Part shown: positions 1 to 7,921 of the stretch, piece after piece | Layout: each line of letters starts with the position of its first letter | Numbering within the stretch: position 1 is the first letter of the stretch | Source: Armatimonadota bacterium | GTDB lineage: Bacteria; Armatimonadota; Zipacnadia; Zipacnadales; UBA5352 | Assembly: GCA_034722055.1 (NCBI GenBank) | Contig: JAYENL010000114.1 | Location: 1-10,441, forward strand | Reading direction: 5' to 3' | DNA: 10,441 bases | Notes under the pieces: model-generated | Seen by the model: only the letters and a program-made list of their open reading frames with translations | Database searches by the model: none | What the model was told of the DNA's origin: nothing | Translations under genes and position numbers: made by a program

Positions 1-20
1 GTGCTGTCGGCGGGCATCAT
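1..20 (-). CDS. 5' end of an unidentified gene running off the left edge (M)MPADS...
   Basis: Minus strand reads AGGAGG (30-25) TCAG ATG ATG CCC GCC GAC AGC: a strong Shine-Dalgarno 4 nt before the ATG at 20 or 7 nt before the ATG at 17. Too little sequence to name the product. Confidence 0.55.
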
Positions 21-238
21 CTGACCTCCTCGGGAGACCGAAAGGCTCCGATGATCGCTCACCAACAGGTGCGCCACGACCTGACTGAGAACCTTCCCGC
101 CAAGCCGAAAAAGGCGCATAACTTAGGCAGACGTCTACCACTGATGGGCGTACGGAGCGTCCGAACCCCCTGGCGACGCACCTGCAGCAGGGCATTCAGC
201 TGCAGCCGAGCCTATTGGCTCTTCCGGACCCCAGGGCG

Positions 239-550
239 TCACTCCGAGTTCGCCCGTAAGACCTTCGTCACCCATGCCCTCGAACACCCGAGCTTGCGCG
301 CCAGATGGGCCCGGCTCTCGGCCTCGCCGGAGTCGAGCATGCCCTGAAACCGTTGTCTTCTGTCTTCCGGTGTCTCACGTCTGGTCTGGAGTTCGGGGCG
401 AAGACTCAGATTGGAGAGCGTCGGGTCATCTCTGAGGTGGAGCCGGAACCAGCGCTTCCTACGCTGCCGGGCGATGGCGCAGTAGATGGTCACCGGCAGA
501 GAAGTTCGGATTCTGACGGTAACCGGGAGCCAGCACTCCTGTAAGTCCAA
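239..550 (-). CDS. Small helix-turn-helix protein of the type seen in integrative elements; true start uncertain
   Basis: C-terminus 'RFQGMLDSGEAESRAHLARKLGCSRAWVTKVL' has an HTH pattern (LARxLGxSRxxVT). The annotated TTG start overlaps a tRNA-3'-like junction, so the N-terminus is doubtful. Confidence 0.5.
   Translation of the reverse strand: MDLQECWLPVTVRIRTSLPVTIYCAIARQRRKRWFRLHLRDDPTLSNLSLRPELQTRRETPEDRRQRFQGMLDSGEAESRAHLARKLGCSRAWVTKVLRANSE
504..532 (+). other. tRNA 3'-end-like remnant / candidate att junction (GTTCGGATTC...ACCGGGAGCCA)
   Basis: T-loop-like GTTCGGATTC at 504-513 and acceptor-like ACCGGGA-G-CCA at 522-532. The spacing is about 5 nt too long for a real tRNA and no 5' half is visible. 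Confidence 0.35.
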
Positions 551-555
551 TCACC

Positions 556-584
556 AAGAGAGCCCGGGGGCCCCGGCCTCTCTT
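556..584. terminator. Near-perfect inverted repeat; possible intrinsic terminator or recombination-associated palindrome
   Basis: AAGAGAGCCCGGGG-G-CCCCGGCCTCTCTT has 14-nt arms with one mismatch (563/577). The U-tract is weak. It lies 23 nt downstream of the GGGAGCCA motif. Confidence 0.45.
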
Positions 585-1994
585 ACAGCTCCTGCTGCGC
601 CAAAGGCGACCTGTCGAGGTGCAGTGGTAGATCACCTGGCTGGCCGTGCCGTCACCTGCGCCAGTGCGGATGCGCACAAGGTGTACACCCGAAGTCGCTT
701 CTGGCGCTCCGCCGTGCCGTCGAGCTGTATGCTGCGGCCGGGTTCCCGCCAGCGCACGTGTCAGCTCCGACAGGGCCGCCGCGAGTCGCCCCGGCAGGTC
801 ATCGGGGCCCTGCTCCGGCGCCTCCACGACGAGGCTGAGGAGCTGACGCACCAGGTCGCGGTCCGCGCCACTGATCGCCACTGCCTCCAGCGCCCCGTGA
901 ACGTCGCCGACAACGGCCGGCGGCCAACCGCGCACCTGCAAACCGATGATCCTGGCGGCTACGTCAGCGAGCGGCAGCAGGGGGAAGTAGGTCCCACAGG
1001 CGTGGCAGGTGGTGGAGACAACGCGGAAGCCTGAGGCTGAGGCCGACTCCCGCCAGTCTGTGATGAGATGCGTCTTGCCGATCCCGGGCGGACCGATGAC
1101 CGCCACGGCGAGACCGGCGCCCCCGCGGACAGCCTCGGCGTAGCCCTGAAGGCGCTGCAGCTCGCTTCTTCGCGCTGCACTGGCCGGGCGTTCGAGCAAC
1201 ACGTGTCGCTGGGAGAGCTGGGCCTGGTCGGCTCCCACCAGGCGGAAGGCCTCTATCTCACGCTCGCCACCTGCGATCCGCAGGCGGGCCGCAGGCTCAA
1301 ACTCGAACGCCGCCCCCACAGCGTCGCGGACAGCCCGGCTGACGAACGTCTCGCCCGGCGGCGCCTCGTCCTCGAGGCGCTTTGCGACATTGACGCTGTC
1401 GCCGATAACGGTATAGTCGGTGTAGCCCACGTGGCCGATCGGGCCGACCATCACCCGGCCGATATTGATCCCGGTGTGCATCTCGAGTCGGACGCCGCCG
1501 AATCGGCCCTCATCGTTCAGCGCCCGCATCCGATCCTGCATGGCAAGCGCCGCCAGCAGCGCCCGCTCGGCTGAGCGCTCCTGGGCCATGGGCACGCCAA
1601 ACAGAGCCACGACCTCGTCGCCTACATAGTTGTCGATGTGCGCCCCATGTCCCACCAGGCACTCCGCGAGCTCTGTCATCAGCTCGTTGATAATGTTGAA
1701 CAGCCACTCTGGTTCCGCCTGCGCGGCCAGCTCCGAGAAGCCCGTCACGTCAGCCATCAGCACCGTCGCCAGGCGCTGCTCACCTGAACGCAGATGCGCA
1801 AACATCTCCTCCAGGGACGCCCGCGCATCGGGCGTCTGGGGCGATCGCGCGCCGTGCTGCAGCGCCGTGCCACAGCGCGAGCAGAAGCGATCGCCAGCCG
1901 CCGCCAGCCGCCCGCACTCAGGGCATCTCGCCTCAGTCACCGCGGCCCTCCCACCTCTGTCGTGGCTGAGCACAGCCTCGTCTTCGCCAATCGG

Positions 1995-4900
1995 CTATCC
2001 CGGCCCTCTGACGGCAATGAAGCCGGCCCAGTAGAAGGGGTGGGCCTTGTCGCCCGTCTGTGGCAGGGCGTTCTGGCCCCGCTGCAGCGCTTTCTCAACC
2101 ATCGCGCCCTCCGACAGCGCCTCGTAGAACGCCGTCATCAGCTCCCGGGTGCTCTCGTCAGACACTGGCCACAGGCTGCATACCACGTCCTGGGCGCCGG
2201 CGTAGATGAAGGCACGCGACAGGCCGAGGATCCCCTCGCCCTCCACGTCCCGCCCCAGCGCGGTCTGGCAGGCAGAAAGGGTCACGAGGCGCGCCGTCAG
2301 CGGCCAGCCATACACCTCACTTGCCGTCAGCACCTCGTAGGCAGTCTCGCCGCCCTCCGGGGCGGCCAGCAGCAGGCCCGAGAAGTCCGAGAAGTCCGGA
2401 TCCGCATAGCCGTGCGTCGCGATGTGCAGCACGTCGCAGTCGCCACCAACCTCGCTCAGCCGGGACTTCGTGGCCTCCGCACCGCTCAGTAACACCGTGT
2501 CGTCGAAACGGCTGGCCACGGCGTCGCCCTCCGCCTTCGCCTCCGGCAGCGGGACCATCGCCATCGCGGTCAGCGCCGACGACACGCCCTCGCCCCGGAT
2601 CGGCATGTAGGACCCGCGGATGGGCATGTACATCCCCCGGATCGGCATATACAGCCCGCGACCGTCATCGCCCTCTGGGAATGTGATCTGTGACGCCCCG
2701 GTCTCGGGAGCCGCCACGACCACCGCCTCCCGAGACGCCGCCTCCCGCTCGCCCCGCGATGACAGCGCCAGCGTCAGCGATGGTGCAAAGGCAATCGGCA
2801 TGCGCGCGCCCAGATACCGGTTGCGTCCGTCGATCAGCGCCGCGAAGGGCACAAGCTGCACCGCGCCGTCGGCCACGATCCACAGCCGATCCGCGCCGGC
2901 GAGGACGCCCTCCGCGGGCTGGACGAGCGTCTTGTACAACGCGGCGGCCAGCCCGTAGGCCTCGTCCGTGCGCTCCCAGATGGCCTCCCGGAGGCGCCCG
3001 ATCTGCTGGTAGAGAGCCTCGCGATCCGCCTCAATCAGCCGCACCCGCAGGTCGCCGCCGCAGGCGCCGACCACCACCAGGCCCTCGTCGGCGAAGGTGT
3101 AGTGCAGCACCGCCAGCCCCGCGTGCCTCGCAACCTCCGCCACCAGCGCCTCGCCGGAGGGGATCGTGACCTGCGACGCCCGCGCGTAGGCCGGCACCTG
3201 CTCCCGGATCGCCGACGCCAGCGCCGCCTCCTCGGCGGCGAGGTCATCAAGCAGGCCGCGCAGCCGCTGCACGTCAGCCTCCGTGGCCGCCTCGCCGCTG
3301 TCAAGCGGCCCCCGAATCGGCATGTACAGCCCCCGAATGGGCATGTACAGGCCGCGGTGGTCAGTGTCGCCCGAGGGTGTCTCTCCGCCGCCCATCACCT
3401 GCGCCAGCAGCCCGTAGGCCTCCCGCCGCATGTTGCGCAGCTCCACCAGCCGCTGGCGAAGGGCCTCGGGCAGCCGCACCGCCATGTCCACCTTCCGCCA
3501 GGCGAGCTGATCCAGCAGCACCCGCGAGCGCATCCGCTCCCCGCAGGCAAGCGCCAGCCCCGCGTCCGCCTGCAACGCGGCCACCCGCATGAGCTGGCGA
3601 TACGGCCCGATGTTGTCGGCGAACCACTCCTGCCGCAGCCGCGGGTCGAAGGCCAGCCGCTGCCGCCTCTCCTCCGTCCGGTCGATCACGGCTATCAGCG
3701 CATCGCGCGCGGCGGGCAGATCGCCCTCCTCGAGCCCGAGCGACGCCCGCTGATTCGCCACCTGCTCGGCGAGCATGCTCAGACCGGCCTGATCGGCGAC
3801 GGCGTGGGCCTCATCCAGCAGCGACAGCTTTGAGGAGCTATCTTCAGCCACCGTGGCCAGCGACATCAGGTGGTTGATCCGCTCGCCGGCGGACAGGTCG
3901 AGTCCCCGCACGAGCTCCCGCGCGCGCTGGAACCAGACGGTGGCGGCCTCCAGATCCTCGAGGCGGCGGCAGGCCGTCGCCAGCAGCACGTGCGCGTTGA
4001 CAAGAGACGAGCCGGCCTCGACGTCGGCGAGCCGTGGCTTCAGCGTCGCGATGACGTCCTGCCACCGCTCCTCACGCGCGGCCACCTGGGCCGTCGCCAG
4101 CGCGCTCTGCGCCACCGCTGCCGGCGCCTGCGCCTCAAGCTGCTCTGCCAGAGCGTTCGCCTGCTCCGCCAGTTCCGGGCGATCCGCTGCGTGGAAGAGC
4201 CTGCCGGCGTCGCGGGCGGCGTTGGACTTATGCCCAAGGTCCTCGATCTCGGAGAGGTAATGCATGATCTGCAGGCCCGTCTCGTAGTACCAGAGCTGCT
4301 TCTGATCGGGCGGCGCGGTGCGGTGCAGCGCCCAGTACAAGCTGCTTGGGCTTGCCGGGAACTTCTTGCCCATCAGCCACATCTCTACTATTGCCCGGCG
4401 CAGGTCAGGCGGAGTGGCCTCGTGCAGGCACCACAGCGAGGGGCCCGAAGGCAGGCCGAGGCTTTGAAGACGAGCGATATACCCTCGGGTGAGACGATCA
4501 GCCTCCGAGAAGCGCCGGAACCCGCTTGCTTTCTGTATCAACCGCGGACCACCCCGCTCATACCACTCCGGATTCGCGTAGAGGTGCTCCAGACACCAGT
4601 ACTGCGTGCGGTACGCGTCATCGTCCAACCCGCTCCACAGTATCCAGCAGCCGTCAAGCAGGGCCTCGTACATCTTCCATCGCCGCTGCCCTTCTGCAGT
4701 CGGCGTATCCACGATCTGCCTCAGGGCCGGAAGGAACCTCTCGCTGCCGCGGAGCCAGAGGCGCCCGCGCACCTCCGCCATGAGATGGTCTGAGCCCCGA
4801 AGCAGGGGGTCAGCCTCGAACAGATCAACAATCTCCTCCATGTGATCCAGGGCGTCGTCGTCCCTCGCCTCGGCGATGGCCGAGTCCACCGCTGTGAGCA

Positions 4901-5474
4901 GCGGGACAAATTCGGCCGCAAATCTTTGCTCGCGCAACTCCAAGCGCTTCGCAAGCTGCTCCGCTCTGTGTTCTGGATCCACGTAGTCGTTCAGTTCCCA
5001 CTTGAGCTGTGATAGATCCTCGGATGATTCGCCCGCCTTCTCAAAGGCGGCCGTCGCGAGATCCGCAAAGCGTGCCGATCGGAGGTATATGGGCAGCGCA
5101 TCCATGCCGCTGGGGTAGTACGTGGCCGAAATGAGCAGGCGTCCGCGGCTCGTATAGAGCTCGCCAAGAGCCGCCCAATGGCCCTTCGCCTCCGCCAGGG
5201 GGATGGCGGCATCGAACATGTCCTCGACGACCGCGTAGTAGAAGCAGTGCTTGGACCGGTCAGCAACCAGTCGGATGATGTCCATCATCTCATCCAGGTC
5301 GCCGTCGGCTTCAGGCTCCTCGAACATGCGCTCCGCCTCGACAAAAGCCTGCGCGGGGTCGGTCTCGAAGAGCTGCTCGAGCTCCGCGAGCGTCAGGGGC
5401 TGGGTACGGGAGGGCGCAGGCGGCAGCACCGACAGCAGGAGTGCGAGGACAACAAGGCGATGACACCGCCCCAT
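1995..5474 (-). CDS. Exported TPR-like/CHAT-domain (caspase HetF-associated) cysteine protease, ~1159 aa
   Basis: ATG at 5474 follows GGGAGG. N-terminus MGRCHRLVVLALLLSVLPPAPS is signal-peptide-like. Ala/Leu/Glu-rich helical middle region. CHAT motifs ERMRSRVLLDQL, WIVADGAVQLVPFAAL, LHIATHG (His codon 2412-2414), LVTLSACQTALG (Cys codon 2268-2270), SLWPVSD and HPFYWAGF. The reading frame is uninterrupted. Confidence 0.93.
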   Translation of the reverse strand: MGRCHRLVVLALLLSVLPPAPSRTQPLTLAELEQLFETDPAQAFVEAERMFEEPEADGDLDEMMDIIRLVADRSKHCFYYAVVEDMFDAAIPLAEAKGHWAALGELYTSRGRLLISATYYPSGMDALPIYLRSARFADLATAAFEKAGESSEDLSQLKWELNDYVDPEHRAEQLAKRLELREQRFAAEFVPLLTAVDSAIAEARDDDALDHMEEIVDLFEADPLLRGSDHLMAEVRGRLWLRGSERFLPALRQIVDTPTAEGQRRWKMYEALLDGCWILWSGLDDDAYRTQYWCLEHLYANPEWYERGGPRLIQKASGFRRFSEADRLTRGYIARLQSLGLPSGPSLWCLHEATPPDLRRAIVEMWLMGKKFPASPSSLYWALHRTAPPDQKQLWYYETGLQIMHYLSEIEDLGHKSNAARDAGRLFHAADRPELAEQANALAEQLEAQAPAAVAQSALATAQVAAREERWQDVIATLKPRLADVEAGSSLVNAHVLLATACRRLEDLEAATVWFQRARELVRGLDLSAGERINHLMSLATVAEDSSSKLSLLDEAHAVADQAGLSMLAEQVANQRASLGLEEGDLPAARDALIAVIDRTEERRQRLAFDPRLRQEWFADNIGPYRQLMRVAALQADAGLALACGERMRSRVLLDQLAWRKVDMAVRLPEALRQRLVELRNMRREAYGLLAQVMGGGETPSGDTDHRGLYMPIRGLYMPIRGPLDSGEAATEADVQRLRGLLDDLAAEEAALASAIREQVPAYARASQVTIPSGEALVAEVARHAGLAVLHYTFADEGLVVVGACGGDLRVRLIEADREALYQQIGRLREAIWERTDEAYGLAAALYKTLVQPAEGVLAGADRLWIVADGAVQLVPFAALIDGRNRYLGARMPIAFAPSLTLALSSRGEREAASREAVVVAAPETGASQITFPEGDDGRGLYMPIRGMYMPIRGSYMPIRGEGVSSALTAMAMVPLPEAKAEGDAVASRFDDTVLLSGAEATKSRLSEVGGDCDVLHIATHGYADPDFSDFSGLLLAAPEGGETAYEVLTASEVYGWPLTARLVTLSACQTALGRDVEGEGILGLSRAFIYAGAQDVVCSLWPVSDESTRELMTAFYEALSEGAMVEKALQRGQNALPQTGDKAHPFYWAGFIAVRGPG
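2592..2660 (-). repeat. 3 x 21-bp in-frame tandem repeat encoding R-GLYMPIR-GMYMPIR-GSYMPIR-G
   Basis: Read directly from the sequence. Copies differ at synonymous positions (Tyr TAT/TAC, Pro CCG/CCC, Arg CGG/CGC) and at residue 2. Confidence 0.95.
3309..3356 (-). repeat. 2 x 21-bp in-frame tandem repeat encoding R-GLYMPIR-GLYMPIR-G
   Basis: CGC GGC CTG TAC ATG CCC ATT CGG GGG CTG TAC ATG CCG ATT CGG GGG on the minus strand. Confidence 0.95.
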
Positions 5475-5622
5475 CCGGACACCTCCCGCCTGCGCCCATC
5501 GCTGGGGTAGTGCGGCGCTGGTGAAAGTTCCCGGCCGGTGGCGAACTTCCTTCAAGCGAGCGAGCAGTTCCCCGTGGGTCTGCGCCCGCCGTCGTCAAGA
5601 GCGCCTTCTGGCGCCCGCCTCG

Positions 5623-6715
5623 TCACCCTCGTGGCACGAGCTTCACCACGTAGGCATCGCTCTTCCCACCATGCCTGGTCTGGGCGGCGGCCTCGGTCAC
5701 CGGGAAGTCGCTTGACTCGGTGTGCCCGACCAGGTAGAGCTCGCCCTCTGGACCGAGCGCGACGCTGCGCACCATGTCCCCGGCGCTGCCGCCGAGGTAG
5801 GTGCAGTAGAGCAGCTCCGTGCCGTCCGGAGTGAGCACCCCAAGCCAGCCGTCACTGCTGCCGCCGCCGTGGGTCGGCTGCAGCGCGTCGGGCGTCACAG
5901 GGAGATCGCGCGACTCCGTCTGACCGACGATGACGATGTTGCCGTGCGCGTCCAGCGTCGGCATGAGGCAGAACTCGGTGGCCGATCCGCCCAGCAGAGG
6001 CCAGCATCGTGATGGTTGCGTCTCTGGGGCCGTTACGCTCCGTGCGATGGGCGGCGGGCGTCGTGGGGAAGTCCCGGGAGGCAGTCGTGCCGAAGATGCA
6101 CACGTTCCCCTCGCCATCAAGCGCCAGGCCGCCTCGCGGGGACTCATCGCCTGATCCGCCCACGTAGGTGCACCACAGCAGACGCGTGAGGTCGGCAGAG
6201 AGCTTGGCCGCGAAGCAGCCGCCCTGCCCACCGCCGTACTGCGGCTGGAAGCAGCCCTCGGTGGTGGGAAGATCCGGGGAGCGCGTCATGCTCGTGATGA
6301 CGATGCTGCCGTCTGCATCGAGCTCCATGCCGTAGACGTTCCGCTCCTGCTTCGAGCCGCCGAAGTAGGTGGCAGCGAGGATCCTGCTGCCGTCAGCGCT
6401 GAGCCTGGCGAGGTAGCAGTCACCGCCGTAGATCCCCCCGTGCCCCAGGTTCGGATCGTCGCCCGCGTACTCGGGCTGCACCACGCCTTCGGTCGTCGGG
6501 ATGTCCTGCGAGCTCGTCTGCGCGCCGATGAGGACAGAGCCGTCGGCGTAGGGGATCACCTCGCGGGCCTGCTCGCCTTCAGCGCCGCCGAGATACGTGG
6601 AATAGGCGATCTCATACCGACCCCGCGGCTCCTGCTGGGCACAGGAGCTTACTGAGATCACCGTCAACACGGCCAGGCAGAGAGCCACAAGCATGTGCTG
6701 TCCGAGGATCGCCAT
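5623..6715 (-). pseudogene. SBBP (beta-propeller repeat) protein, probable lipoprotein, split by a frameshifting deletion near 5998
   Basis: AGGAG precedes the ATG at 6715. Hydrophobic leader ends in VSS-C (lipobox-like). Repeated YSTYLGG / TxSxDxPTT / DxxxxxLxxDG motifs occur in ORF 5852..6715 up to 'DATITMLA' and resume in ORF 5623..6231 at 'LLGGSATE', ending 'DAYVVKLVPRG'. Confidence 0.85.
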
Positions 6716-6899
6716 TGTGAGTCACTCCTGGACTTGTCACCATCAGTCCTACTGCCCGCAATGTGGTACTGACCCATCTGCCATGCAGCCCTGAGCGGAC
6801 GAATGAGCGGAGCGAAACCCCCCAGCCCACGGCTAACGCGCCTCTGGAGCGGGGAGACGATATCCCAGTGGGCTCTGCGGTCCCACCGTCTGGCAGTGC

Positions 6900-7904
6900 C
6901 TTCGCCAGCGCTCCGCCAGCACCTGCGTCTCCGCCTATGATACTGAGTATGGTCTTCACGGTGCTGAGCGGATTGCACAGATCATGAGTAAGGGCCGAGA
7001 TGAACTCGGCCCGCAGGCGGTCGAGCTCCTTGAGGTCCGTGACGTCATGCAGCACCTTCATCTCGCCCAGAGCCCGCCCGCGGTCATCGCGGTACGGGAC
7101 GGTGTGGACGCGGACGACGCGCTCGCGCTCACTCCCAAGCGCCACCTCGTGGGTGCGCACGGCCTCCTCGCTGACGAGAGCGGTCTCCTCTGCAGGGGCA
7201 ATCAGCTTCTGCAGGGGGGGGGCGAGCGCATCAGGGACGGTATCGCCCGCGATTGGCTGGCCGAGGGCCTCGGCCTCCGGGACCCCCAGAAGCTCTACCG
7301 AGCGAGGGTTCATCAGGAGCACCTGCCCCTCGTTGTCCAGCACCACGACGCCGTCGGTGAGATCGCGCACCGCGCTCTCAAGCTTGGAGACGGCGAACTT
7401 AGGCTTGCGCGCGATCTGGCTGGTCAGCCAGGCGACGAAGCCGAAGATGAGGGTGCGCATCAGGAAGCTGTACACCGTCTGCGGGGTCAGCTCCCCGTCC
7501 CAGAACACGGCCACGAAGTAGGAGGCGACCACGATCACCCACAGCCAGCGGTGTTCGCGCATGCCCGGGTAGATCGCCATCCACACCACCAGCAGGATGT
7601 AGGCAATGTAGAAGCTGCTCTCCATGCCGCCCGTGGCGAACACCACGATCCCGATGCAGATCGAGTCCCCCACCACGTAGGGCACCGCCACCCAGTTGCC
7701 TCGCCCCTCCTCCTCCAGACGCTTCCACGGAATCACGTACAGCGCCAGGTTGTACGCCGACGCAACCACCAGCATCAGGTAGACGATCCCCGCGTGCGAG
7801 CGCTCCGCGGGAGCGCCGAAGGTGACGATGCCCCCGGCCAGCACAATGACCAGCCAGCGCATGTTCTGGCCGATGGTATACATCCGCAAGCGGAACTCAA
7901 GCAT
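6900..7904 (-). pseudogene. Membrane sensor histidine kinase (about 6 TM, PilS-like N-terminus, PAS, HisKA) truncated before the HATPase domain
   Basis: GGTGAGG precedes the ATG at 7904. TM segments include the TGGxxSxF motif. PAS: 'LTDGVVVLDNEGQVLLMNP'. H-box: 'LKELDRLRAEFISALTHDLCNPL' (His codon 6984-6986). No N/G1/F/G2 boxes were seen in any frame, and the ORF runs on to 6612 through intergenic DNA. The end coordinate is approximate. Confidence 0.85.
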
Positions 7905-7921
7905 CGCGCCTCACCGACTCG

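Larger units (their letters stand above)
459..1940 (-). pseudogene. Zinc-ribbon + class III adenylate/guanylate cyclase + AAA (STAND-type) ATPase, C-terminally truncated near 735
   Basis: CPECG...FCSRCG zinc ribbon. Cyclase motifs LMADVTGFS, IDNYVGDEVVALFG, HTGINIG and DYTVIGDSVNVAKRLE. Walker A GPPGIGKT (1071-1094). The expected Walker B (hhhhEDhHW) after 'LAGTRP' is absent and unrelated sequence follows to the stop at 459. Likely start is GTG at 1940 with GGGAGG upstream; the ORF track begins at 1973. Confidence 0.85.

Noticed and set aside
31..50. Small GAAA-tetraloop hairpin CGGGAGACC-GAAA-GGCTCCG beside the RBS of the left-edge gene
   Set aside because: Short and bulged, and the GNRA loop is on the non-coding strand; not enough to call a riboswitch or ncRNA.
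111..139. AAGGCGCATAA resembling the XerC arm of a dif site
   Set aside because: The other arm (CAGACGTCTAC) does not match the strongly conserved XerD consensus TTATGTTAAAT.
460..532. Complete tRNA gene
   Set aside because: No D-arm, anticodon arm or 5' acceptor strand could be folded; kept only as a 3'-end-like remnant.
2592..3356. The 21-bp repeats as a CRISPR array or DNA-level repeat element
   Set aside because: No spacers or cas genes; the copies are in frame and vary mainly at synonymous positions, so the repeat is at protein level.
5475..5555. ORF-track start of the CHAT gene at 5555
   Set aside because: TTG start with no clear RBS; ATG 5474 has GGGAGG and puts the signal peptide at the N-terminus.
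6831..6852. GGCTAAC-GCGCC-TCTGGAGCGG resembling the left half of an integron attC site
   Set aside because: No complementary L'/R' (GTTRRRY) half downstream, no cassette gene in that orientation and no integrase.
6612..6900. C-terminal ~95 aa of the 430-aa kinase ORF
   Set aside because: Run-on through intergenic DNA overlapping the SBBP gene start; no HATPase motifs.
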